Below, piece by piece: positions 10,148-19,195 of a stretch of DNA of 64,000 nucleotides. Made by a program: the position numbers and the translations under genes. The notes under the pieces were generated by a model. It did not search any database. It had not been told where the DNA came from and saw only the letters and a program-made list of their open reading frames with translations. The first letter of the stretch is position 1. Each line of letters opens with the position of its first letter. The stretch comes from Candidatus Nomurabacteria bacterium (GTDB lineage Bacteria; Patescibacteriota; Dojkabacteria; SC72; JAHDCA01), in assembly GCA_020632395.1 (NCBI GenBank), contig JACKFQ010000001.1, positions 226,009 to 290,008 on the forward strand. The letters run 5' to 3'.

Positions 10148-11227
10148 TTACTCCAGAATTTTAACTAATTTATTGAATCTATATGAGTTTACCTTCGTAG
10201 TATCACTTTTAGATAAAACTTTAACTTCTTCAAGATATTTCAAAATCCTTAAAGCAGTCATACGTTGGATTCCTGTTTCTTTTGTCATATCTGGTGAATT
10301 AAAAATAGGCATTGAGAATAGAAAATCCAAAACCTTGATTGCATTTTTCGGAGTAGGAATAGTTACAATTTCTTCTTTTAATGAATTATAAAGATTAAGC
10401 ACCTCCTCAACTTTCAAGATGTTCTTTTCAGACTGTTTAATTACTGCAACCAAGAAAAATAAGATCCAACTCTCCCAATCATTATCCTTGGTTATTGCTT
10501 TTAATCTTTGGTAATACTCATCACGATTGGTCTCAAAGTATTCACTAAGATAAAGCATAGGTTGTTTTAGAACCTTTTTATAATATAAAAATAATGGCAT
10601 TAATATCCTACCTGTACGACCATTACCGTCCCAGAATGGATGAATGATTTCAAACTGAGCGTGGATTATAGCAAGTTGTACAAGGTAATCCTTCTCATCA
10701 TAATGAATATATCTCTCAAAATCGGCAAAGAGATCTTCTATTTCATTCGCTTCTGGCGGAACATGACTTGCATGATCTAGTCCCAAAGCAGGGTTGCCAA
10801 TATATACTGGACCAGTTCTAAATTCACCTGGAGTTTTGTCACTACCACGGGCATCTTGCATCAGGACTTTATGATTCTCTTTGATGAGTCTAGCTGAGAG
10901 CGGTAACTCATCAAGTTTATCAATCGCCATGTTCATAGCTTTGCGGTAGTTTAAGACTTCTTGAATATCCTCATACTTATCAGTCTTTTTATTGGGGCTT
11001 GCTTCATACTTCAAAACATCTTCAAGAGAGGCTTGTGTCCCCTCAATCTTTGAAGACAATACAGCTTCTTTTGTGGTAAGAGGGGATAGAAGAATCCTTG
11101 CTTTTGGTATGCTTTGCATATAACCATCAAACTTTGCCACAGCTCTATTAGCCTCACCAATATGCTCAAGGAATTTATCCCAATCTAAATCTTTTATTGG
11201 TAATTTGTGTGGTTTGAATGGTTTCAT
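10148..11227 (-). CDS. fic: Fic/Doc-family protein (AMPylator-type) with internal inhibitory motif and C-terminal wHTH
   Basis: Canonical Fic motif HPFWDGNGRTGR; upstream SSKIEGT matches the (S/T)xxxE(G/N) inhibitory helix. Confidence 0.85.
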   Translation of the reverse strand: MKPFKPHKLPIKDLDWDKFLEHIGEANRAVAKFDGYMQSIPKARILLSPLTTKEAVLSSKIEGTQASLEDVLKYEASPNKKTDKYEDIQEVLNYRKAMNMAIDKLDELPLSARLIKENHKVLMQDARGSDKTPGEFRTGPVYIGNPALGLDHASHVPPEANEIEDLFADFERYIHYDEKDYLVQLAIIHAQFEIIHPFWDGNGRTGRILMPLFLYYKKVLKQPMLYLSEYFETNRDEYYQRLKAITKDNDWESWILFFLVAVIKQSEKNILKVEEVLNLYNSLKEEIVTIPTPKNAIKVLDFLFSMPIFNSPDMTKETGIQRMTALRILKYLEEVKVLSKSDTTKVNSYRFNKLVKILE

Positions 11228-11232
11228 TGTTG

Positions 11233-11754
11233 TTAATTCTTAAATAAATTATCTATATCGTTTTTAGTAGAGACTTTTGTTAGCTTCATCCTAGAATTCT
11301 CTATAAAAACTCTCAGTTTGCTAAGATTGAAGTTGTTTGTAACCAATACTTTGCGTTTAAGTGGTTTAATAAACTCAGGATTTTGCTTTAATAAAATCTC
11401 AAATCTAACAAACAAATTTTCATAGGTCGTATATAGAGTTACAAGATATAGAAATGGCAGAAAAAGTAAACTAAGCAAAATTGGCGTCAGTAGAGATAGG
11501 AAGTTATTAATCGTAAACAATGATTCATAATCCGCTATTAAATTTTTACTGACAAAGTAGATCAATAGTAAACCTATGACTCCAACTATGAATGAAAATA
11601 GCTTACGAACTGGTTCATACTCAGATTTCGTTTTCGAGAATGCCTCCATCATGAAAACAAAAGTAATTACTGGAACAAATACTATATCTACCCAAAAGCT
11701 AAAAGTATAAAAACTAAGTATGAATTCAATAAAAATAGAAACTTTTACTGACAC
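11233..11754 (-). CDS. hypothetical membrane protein
   Basis: 173 aa with several hydrophobic TM segments. Confidence 0.4.
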   Translation of the reverse strand: MSVKVSIFIEFILSFYTFSFWVDIVFVPVITFVFMMEAFSKTKSEYEPVRKLFSFIVGVIGLLLIYFVSKNLIADYESLFTINNFLSLLTPILLSLLFLPFLYLVTLYTTYENLFVRFEILLKQNPEFIKPLKRKVLVTNNFNLSKLRVFIENSRMKLTKVSTKNDIDNLFKN

Positions 11755-11755
11755 T

Positions 11756-12278
11756 CTATGGACTCCACTTCGTTACGCCCATAGGTTCTACTCCAACACA
11801 AACTTCGTTTGCCCCTTGTCTTGCTTTTCTTGATACTGTACATATTGTCTAATCTTCTTCTCATCCAACCCCACACTGCTTACAAAGTATCCTATGCTCC
11901 ATGTTGCAGGATTCCTCCTTATATACTCAAACTTTTTTCTTATTTCCTTTGAACTATTCGCCTTTATATCTCCCACAACTTTTGCTATTGCATATTTTGG
12001 AGGAATCACTGCTACCATGTGCACGTGGTCTTTCATTATTTTTATTTCTTCTATACTCACGTCTGGATACCTCTCCGCTATGTATGTTCTTATTACCTCT
12101 TCACAATATTTCTTAACTCCTGTCACCATGATTTTTTGTCTAAATTTCGGTATCCAGACTATATGGTACATCAGACGGTAAGCAGCGTGGGCTTGTGTTC
12201 GTATTTCCATTTCTTAATTCTACCTCAAGACAAGGGATATCTCCATCTACGGACTCCGCTTCGCTCCGCCCGTAGATT
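11756..12278 (-). mobile_element. IS200-like element with matching subterminal hairpins
   Basis: ctatggactccacttcgttacgcccatag (11756-11785) and ctacggactccgcttcgctccgcccgtag (12247-12275) are near-identical, same-orientation hairpins flanking tnpA. Confidence 0.6.
11788..12210 (-). CDS. tnpA: IS200/IS605-family Y1 transposase TnpA (second, divergent copy)
   Basis: YHIVWIPKFR, HVHMV HxH motif, C-terminal Tyr region. Confidence 0.85.
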   Translation of the reverse strand: MEIRTQAHAAYRLMYHIVWIPKFRQKIMVTGVKKYCEEVIRTYIAERYPDVSIEEIKIMKDHVHMVAVIPPKYAIAKVVGDIKANSSKEIRKKFEYIRRNPATWSIGYFVSSVGLDEKKIRQYVQYQEKQDKGQTKFVLE

Positions 12279-12896
12279 TTTGATCGGAAATATTAAATGC
12301 TCTGTATGCGGTTATACTTTAAGTCCAGAAGAACAAAGAGGCAAGAACTACTACAGATGTACACAATACGGAGGAAAGCATGGAGCTCAATATGTAAGTG
12401 AGGAAATTCTTAAGAACCAATTTGCCAAAGCTTTTAAGAATATCCAACTTGATAAAAAGACAGCTGAGAAAGTCCTCAAAGACCTAAGGGATTTAAATGA
12501 AACGAGTTATGGTATCTCAAAAGACCTAATAAAACATCTGATTTCTGAAAGAGAATCAATTAATAATAGAATGCTAAAACTACTCGATGATAAATATGAT
12601 GAAAGTATTACTAATGAATTGTATGAAAAAAAGAACAAACAGTATCAATCTCAATTAGACGAAATAGAAAGAAAATTAACAAATGTACAGAAGGTTGATA
12701 GAGCCTTCTATGTGACCGCAAACCTTATTGTAGAGCTAGCTAAGCATAGTGCAGAGTTGTTTAAACGTTCGGAACCTCATGAAGCTCAACTCTTAATCAA
12801 AACTGTACTTCAGAACGTAACATGGGATGGTAAAAAACTGCACTACGACTACTTAGAACCGTTCAATCTACTCGTAAATTTGGAAGATAGTACAGT
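12279..12896 (+). pseudogene. C-terminal fragment of a large serine recombinase (zinc-ribbon + coiled-coil region); N-terminal catalytic domains absent
   Basis: CSVCGYTLSPEEQRGKNYYRCTQY zinc beta-ribbon followed by a long coiled-coil. The ORF N-terminus is IS200 terminal sequence and the 3' end runs into tRNA-His. Confidence 0.55.
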
Positions 12897-12897
12897 A

Positions 12898-12975
12898 TGG
12901 GGTGGCAGATGGGACTCGAACCCACAACCCTCGGTACCACAAACCGATGCTCTAACCAATTGAGCTACAGCCACC
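12898..12975 (-). tRNA. tRNA-His (anticodon GTG) with encoded G-1 and CCA
   Basis: Cloverleaf folded by hand; anticodon loop TTGTGGT; T-loop GGTTCGAGTCC; extra 5' G pairs with discriminator C. Confidence 0.8.
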
Positions 12976-13311
12976 ATGACTGCATATTATATACTACCCG
13001 GATGTGTTTTCAAACGATTACTTGCAAGATCCTTATGTTCCGTCAAACAGTTGTCCGACTGATCTTATCTTCACTAAGAGAATTCTATTACGCCCCACTT
13101 GCCCTTTTACTCCATAAAAATTCATCCTCTTTCTGCCAGATCCTTATCACAGCAAAACTTGTCACCTAACACAACTGCCAACCTCATACCATTTGCATCA
13201 GTTCAGGAGGTCAACAATGGGTTCGTGCCTAGACCATCTTCACAACAAAACTTCTAGGATGGTTATCCTATAGGAGGCCATCAAATACATGCACCATGCT
13301 CTGATCTATAT

Positions 13312-14361
13312 TTATGGATAATATTCAAAGTCGATCGATAGGGTAGGTTTATCCTCTGATCCACTAAAATCTCCTGAAGTTACCGATATACCTGACCATG
13401 CATCCGATCCGTCATTTCCAACCCAGATCAAAATATCACTACCCGGAGTCCATGTAGGATCATCTATATGAGATTGGATCAAGGCAGAAATATCTGGTGA
13501 TGATATGGGAGTACCCCATCCTCCACTTGGTACAGAGTTCCAGTCGACAACAATTTCATCTAGACCAGATTCTAGCGAATTAAACGATGTAGAATTGGTC
13601 GGCGGAGAGGTGTCATGGTCCGGATATGTCATCAGATCCACATTTACGTTAGAACCACTGACAGTAGTGACCACAAGGTCAAGCGTAGCATTGGTGATCG
13701 TCGCTCCTTGTGGGATATCTAGATTTTGGAAATTTAGGAATAAATGAATTGAATTATTAAATGATGTTCCTAATGTCAATGTAGTATCGGTGCTATTGAA
13801 TGCAGTACCACCGAGTAGGGAAGTGTCGTTAGTTCCGCTACCTACAACTACTGCAATAGTGTCACTGATCAACTCAGGTGGAGTCTCTGTTGGAATTGTG
13901 ATGACCTCTTCTAACTCTGAGTCAGGCGCAGAGATCAATATCCGTTTACTTTGCTGGCCAAACAGGCAAATCCGATATCCCGTATCACCCCCAGAAGTCG
14001 CTGATGGATCACGAGGTATCTCTACGATATACGCCTGATCAGAACCCACCAATACAGCATCGAGATCTATTTGACCATCAAGGATCGTCGGAACATCCGT
14101 TATCACAGTCGTTCCATCTACACAATTCGCAATAGGTGACCCATCTCCTTCTAAGAGTGTATCGATATCATTTCCATCTATCAACCACTGTTCGATACCA
14201 CTATGGATAGCACGAACACCATTCCATCTTGAAGCATTACGAGATTTTGAGAACGCCACACTAGGATTGATCGCGAGTATAGTTGCAGCCGCAAGTATAC
14301 TGATCAGACCCACCGTCACAAGGATCTCGATCAGTGTAAAAGCATCGTATGATCTTTTCAT
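13312..14361 (-). CDS. type IV pilin-like protein (prepilin-type N-terminal cleavage/methylation helix) with large S/T/G/D-rich globular domain
   Basis: N-terminus MKRSYDAFTLIEILVTVGLISILAAATILAI matches class III signal / N-methylation helix. Confidence 0.6.
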   Translation of the reverse strand: MKRSYDAFTLIEILVTVGLISILAAATILAINPSVAFSKSRNASRWNGVRAIHSGIEQWLIDGNDIDTLLEGDGSPIANCVDGTTVITDVPTILDGQIDLDAVLVGSDQAYIVEIPRDPSATSGGDTGYRICLFGQQSKRILISAPDSELEEVITIPTETPPELISDTIAVVVGSGTNDTSLLGGTAFNSTDTTLTLGTSFNNSIHLFLNFQNLDIPQGATITNATLDLVVTTVSGSNVNVDLMTYPDHDTSPPTNSTSFNSLESGLDEIVVDWNSVPSGGWGTPISSPDISALIQSHIDDPTWTPGSDILIWVGNDGSDAWSGISVTSGDFSGSEDKPTLSIDFEYYP

Positions 14362-14930
14362 GGTTCATTATAACTAAATCGTAAAAGAATCCAACCTCGC
14401 ATTGTTTGACATATATTCTATTTAGGGTTCCGCAAAGCGAGACTGAAACCCATAAGAGTTCTCAAATAACAAAGATACCCTGACCTTATAGTCGAAGGAC
14501 TTTTTGACCGTAAGAGCCAAAAACTTATATTTTCGTATATAATCATCATCAAGGTATAGAAAAGAAAATCACATTGAACATAATGACTCTTTTTTCAAAT
14601 TAAGATATCAACATAAACCTTATCAATCATATTAATAGAGGTACCCCAGGCCTTGACAGTCCAGAAACTGAACCAGAAGGAGGTGATGTCCTCCAAGCTA
14701 TCACTCAGATTCTCTATCCTGAATCAACTTTAACTATCGAGACTTATACTCCCCAGGACATTATCGAATTACTTTACACATTTCTGGCAAAGAATAACTC
14801 ATTAGTAGAACCACCAATATCACCCTCTCATGATGCAATTATACTTGCTCAGGTAGTAGCAAAGGAGATTAGAATATATACAGAAACACATGAAAATAAC
14901 GAGGATGATCTAGATGATTCACTTGAAGAG

Positions 14931-15494
14931 ATGATCTCTGAAGCTCTTTTCTTTTGTATTATCATGGAAAGAAATATGTATGGGGGTGAAAGATCAGCTC
15001 TTAATTTCGTTGAACTGTTCCTGAGACACTCAAGCTCGTTTTTAGACATTCATAAGCTGATCAACAGTGCAATGGATCATGACATTTCACTTGGTTGGTG
15101 GATCATGAGCCTGCTTTACAGTACAGAACAAATATTCTCTGTGGGAACTAGCACTTTAAAAAGAAGACCACAAAGTGATTATCATTATCGAAACAAAAAA
15201 AACCTCATAGATCCAATTGTAGAAAATCATATACTGAGAATTTACTATTTTCACACGGTTCCTATACATTGGTTAGATCATCTTCTAGGTGTCCGATTAT
15301 GTGCCTTTACTGATATTGAAGATTTCCATGTTTATAGATTAAGTAACCATCAGACTCTCGATAAACTCAAAAAGCGAATAATCGAGTATGTGACGTTTCT
15401 GACGAGCAATCAACATGAACGAACACTGGAGAGGACAAAAAGTATCTTGAAAATATTAGAGATGTTGCAAGAACACCTTCCCGCTAACTTATAG
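14931..15494 (+). CDS. hypothetical protein. The frame is open for several hundred nt upstream without an ATG, so there may be a non-ATG start or an N-terminal extension
   Basis: ORF only; no motif recognised. Confidence 0.3.
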   Translation: MISEALFFCIIMERNMYGGERSALNFVELFLRHSSSFLDIHKLINSAMDHDISLGWWIMSLLYSTEQIFSVGTSTLKRRPQSDYHYRNKKNLIDPIVENHILRIYYFHTVPIHWLDHLLGVRLCAFTDIEDFHVYRLSNHQTLDKLKKRIIEYVTFLTSNQHERTLERTKSILKILEMLQEHLPANL

Positions 15495-15508
15495 CACTTA
15501 CATATAAG

Positions 15509-16858
15509 TTAGCTGAGTGGGCCATTGGGCATATAAACATCCATGATTGGAATCATACTATATCGTGTACCTTCAAGAATTTTTAGAAAATGATCAACTA
15601 CAAATTTATAAAATGTAATTTTTTCTTCAGGGAATTTTTGGGTTGGGAGAGGACAATTTTTAAGATGTGCTTGTAATGAAGATAGGAATGATACTAAGAA
15701 CTCCTTCGATGGATTGAATGGCACTAAAGAAGTAGTAGGCTCGTTACCTGGGGTTTGTGTGTTTGCTGAGAACCGCAGATCTGCGGTGTTGATACTGGTG
15801 CTATAAGCATTCACAAATACATAAAGTGATTTTATGAGTTTGTCTAGATAACGGATATCGCCAAAGAGAAACATAGAATATATAAGAAATGATTCTCGGG
15901 CTTTTGTCATACGATGGCGATATACTAAAGCATCAATTATATGTCCATCAATTTCAGATAAGAAATATTCACCATCAGTGAAATTTTCCTGCAGGGGTGG
16001 AATTATAGCGACATCTAAATCAAAACGCATTGCATTTTCGATGAGTTCAGTTTTTTGCATATCGTTCAACCTATCATTGTTTGTAACCAGGAATGTTCCC
16101 AAAAATCTGTTCTGTAACGAAATCATAAGATCCATACTTAACGGTATGGAGCTTAATTGATATAACTGAAATCCATCTACTGGCTTGATACATTCCAGTG
16201 AATTCATCCATACATTCCAATAGCTACCATTTTTCTGACCATCAGGGGTAAACATGCGACTAAATGCTTCCATACCCTCTGTTTCTACTGCATATAGATA
16301 ACCAACAGCAGGATCTATCTTTACCAACTCATCAAACAGAATTAAACTAACAGGATATCCCAAGCCCTCCATATTTGCTTGAAAACTCTTCATTAAAGTA
16401 AATAAGCAAGAAGGAGTTTCATCTGTTGATGTGTATCTACTCACAGCCGCTTCTAGAATATTGCATATTATGAAATTTGTTAGCGTAATGCTCTGTACGA
16501 TAAGTTCATGAGCAGTGTATGGCCAAACAGATTCATTACTTCTTGCTAATCGGTGTGCAAGATTCATGATTTCTTGAATAGACAATTCTTCCTGTGTTAC
16601 CTCATAGACTTTTTCTTTGGGAATGCGAAAATTATCACTATCAGAATTCCAGATAGCTGTTTCTAGAGGTGTCTTTTCAGTGACTTCAGAGAACCTATCA
16701 ATATCCAGAACAGCTGCCAAGATATGTTCTGGGATCAGTACTGAGAACCCCATATTTGGGGATTGTGCTAATTCTGCTGCTCTAGCTTTCCCAAGGAGTG
16801 TTTTCTGGTTCACACGGATCTCGTGACTGTCATATCCCACACCTACCTGATTATGCAT
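15509..16858 (-). CDS. hypothetical protein (449 aa, no recognisable domain)
   Basis: Long uninterrupted ORF whose codon usage looks consistent with its neighbours. Confidence 0.45.
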   Translation of the reverse strand: MHNQVGVGYDSHEIRVNQKTLLGKARAAELAQSPNMGFSVLIPEHILAAVLDIDRFSEVTEKTPLETAIWNSDSDNFRIPKEKVYEVTQEELSIQEIMNLAHRLARSNESVWPYTAHELIVQSITLTNFIICNILEAAVSRYTSTDETPSCLFTLMKSFQANMEGLGYPVSLILFDELVKIDPAVGYLYAVETEGMEAFSRMFTPDGQKNGSYWNVWMNSLECIKPVDGFQLYQLSSIPLSMDLMISLQNRFLGTFLVTNNDRLNDMQKTELIENAMRFDLDVAIIPPLQENFTDGEYFLSEIDGHIIDALVYRHRMTKARESFLIYSMFLFGDIRYLDKLIKSLYVFVNAYSTSINTADLRFSANTQTPGNEPTTSLVPFNPSKEFLVSFLSSLQAHLKNCPLPTQKFPEEKITFYKFVVDHFLKILEGTRYSMIPIMDVYMPNGPLS

Positions 16859-16958
16859 AACCTATAGTATTTTAATTTTAGACTCAATTTTCTATACTAC
16901 TACTAGACCCAAACTTTTATCTAATATACAATTCATAACGATATAATGATCATTCTCT

Positions 16959-17471
16959 ATGATGGATATTAATGAATTGATTACTAGAACAGAATATACT
17001 GTCCTCACATTACCAGAATTCGAAGACACACTTCGGAGTGTATCTTCTGATATCCCACATGATCTGCTTGGGAGCATGAAAATAAAGACTTTTGCCCAGA
17101 ATCTATATCAATCTATGATGAAGGTCGAGATCGAACCAGGTTGGATGCATACAGGTGTAGCTGCGATCCAAGTCGGAGTTCCATTAAACATCTTTTTAGC
17201 CTATGACGGAAATCGTGATGAGTATATCCCCTATATCAATCCTGAAGTTGAACTACTGGGAGGAAGAACTGATGATAAGGATGAGGCGTGCCTTAGTATT
17301 CCAAATATAGTAGGCAAGGTAAGACGTACCAAAAGAGTTCGTATCAAATATTTCGATCTTGATGGCGAACTTCAAAGGAAAAAGTTGAGTGGCTGGAATG
17401 CAAGAGTTGTACAACATGAGTTCGATCATTTGCGAGGAATACTCTTCACGGATAAACTGATCGAAGATTGA
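16959..17471 (+). CDS. def: peptide deformylase
   Basis: GVAAIQVG, EACLSIP (EGCLS motif) and QHEFDHLRG (HExxH metal site). Confidence 0.85.
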   Translation: MMDINELITRTEYTVLTLPEFEDTLRSVSSDIPHDLLGSMKIKTFAQNLYQSMMKVEIEPGWMHTGVAAIQVGVPLNIFLAYDGNRDEYIPYINPEVELLGGRTDDKDEACLSIPNIVGKVRRTKRVRIKYFDLDGELQRKKLSGWNARVVQHEFDHLRGILFTDKLIED

Positions 17472-17481
17472 AAGATAACGT

Positions 17482-19176
17482 ATGGGAAATGAAAGTTTCG
17501 GAGAGATCCGTAAGAAACAGGTTCGAAAGATCATTGCTCAATTCATTTTTGGACTAACTATCCTATTTGCTGTCGGGAGTTTTGCTTATAGAGCTACGCA
17601 AGATACACAATCGACCACTTCGACTACAGATACCTCCCAGAAAGATCCTGAACCCTCAGATGATAGTTTTGACTTAGTTTCTTCACAGGTATGCCTAGGA
17701 GAACTTCCTCCCGATCTGACAGATCTCCTTGAGAGGGAATTAAGCAATACACAACAACTCACTTCTGACGATAATTCTTGTACACTTATATTATCGTCAG
17801 GGATCGTGGATAGTAATCGATACAATTCCTTGTATCACAGGGTATACACTCTAGTATCCAGGGCTGACCAACCCATCCTGAACGTGACATGGGCTGACCT
17901 CAAGGATGGATTGAATAGAGGTAGCATAGACAAGTACAAGATCTATCTCACGGATGAAGCTTCATTTTTCATAGATGCAATGTATGGTACATCTACACGA
18001 GGTCTATCTAAAAATGTAACTGAACTGATAGACACAGTGCTCAATGATCCCAATACCTTGGCGATCTTGCCCATCGAGGAGCTACTACCCAAAGTCAAGA
18101 GTGTAGCTATCGATGGTATTACGCCATTTTCAGATGACCTATATGTATTCACATACCCTCTTTCTGGAACTATCTGGTCAACGATCCCAGATCAAGAACA
18201 ACAGGATCTATATATCAAAGTAGAGGGTTTAGTCGAAGAATACTTTGGCTCTAACTCATATGATCAGGAGAATGTTCGGAGTATCCTCCTTACGGGTAGG
18301 TCAGCTATTGGCAGTAGATCGTTATTTTCTAGTGAAAATTCGACTACTGATAATCTCTTCTCTAACATCACCACTATGATAAAGGATGCGGATATTTCTA
18401 TCCTAAACAATGAGAGTTCTTTCATTGAGAATTGCTCACAGTCACCTGAAACAAGGATCCTTTGTAGCCTACCTATAGAGCAATCACTTATCTCTGATAT
18501 TGGCTTTGATATAGTGGGCGTGTCTGGACAGAGTGTACTTGATGTCGGTAGACCTGCATTTGAAAGCACTCTTTCGGGGTATCTAGAACAAGACTTAGGC
18601 TACTACGGTGGAGGTATGGATCGTGAAGAAGCAAAAATAGGTGTCACAATAGAACAAGATAAGCTGAAAATGTTCCTCACAGGTTTTTCATTAGTAACCC
18701 CTACAAGATATCTTTCAACAGATAGATCATCAGGAACCTTAGCACCAGACAAGGTAGCAGGGGATGGGTACTATCTATCCGAAACTCTGTTAGATCGTCC
18801 ACAAGATGAGATCCAGATAGTGGATATGCAATGGGGATCAGATATTTCAAGCACGATCTCTGAGCAGGAGAAAAATTATGCTTTAAGACTTGTCGGTGCT
18901 GGTGCTGATCTGGTTTTTGGAACTAACTCAATTATTGTAAAACCTATGGAGTACATCGACAGTGTACCGGTATTTTATGGTTTAGGAGATTTTGCTTACC
19001 CACCGGACAAAGGGGTAGAGGGGAGATCTATCATGGTCAGATTATACCTATACAATGGGCAATTTCTAACTTACGAACTTATCCCCACTACTATTGATGA
19101 CTCAGGTATCATAGATATTGATATGGACAGCTACGGCGAAATATTGAATACTGTATATGAGAATACCAACTTCTAG
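17482..19176 (+). CDS. membrane-anchored CapA/PgsA-like (metallophosphatase-fold) protein
   Basis: N-terminal TM anchor. C-terminal ...GADLVFGTNSIIVKPMEYIDSVPVFYGLGDF resembles the CapA H-x-H...Y.SLGNF signature but with the His pair replaced. Confidence 0.45.
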   Translation: MGNESFGEIRKKQVRKIIAQFIFGLTILFAVGSFAYRATQDTQSTTSTTDTSQKDPEPSDDSFDLVSSQVCLGELPPDLTDLLERELSNTQQLTSDDNSCTLILSSGIVDSNRYNSLYHRVYTLVSRADQPILNVTWADLKDGLNRGSIDKYKIYLTDEASFFIDAMYGTSTRGLSKNVTELIDTVLNDPNTLAILPIEELLPKVKSVAIDGITPFSDDLYVFTYPLSGTIWSTIPDQEQQDLYIKVEGLVEEYFGSNSYDQENVRSILLTGRSAIGSRSLFSSENSTTDNLFSNITTMIKDADISILNNESSFIENCSQSPETRILCSLPIEQSLISDIGFDIVGVSGQSVLDVGRPAFESTLSGYLEQDLGYYGGGMDREEAKIGVTIEQDKLKMFLTGFSLVTPTRYLSTDRSSGTLAPDKVAGDGYYLSETLLDRPQDEIQIVDMQWGSDISSTISEQEKNYALRLVGAGADLVFGTNSIIVKPMEYIDSVPVFYGLGDFAYPPDKGVEGRSIMVRLYLYNGQFLTYELIPTTIDDSGIIDIDMDSYGEILNTVYENTNF

Positions 19177-19195
19177 ATCAAGTTATTAAAAAACA

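Noticed and set aside
12019-12963. Single 314-aa ORF spanning the IS200 end, the recombinase fragment and tRNA-His
   Set aside because: The N-terminal ~85 aa is antisense to tnpA and the IS terminal hairpin. The C-terminal ~20 aa is the reverse complement of tRNA-His. Only ~12279-12896 is plausibly a recombinase remnant.
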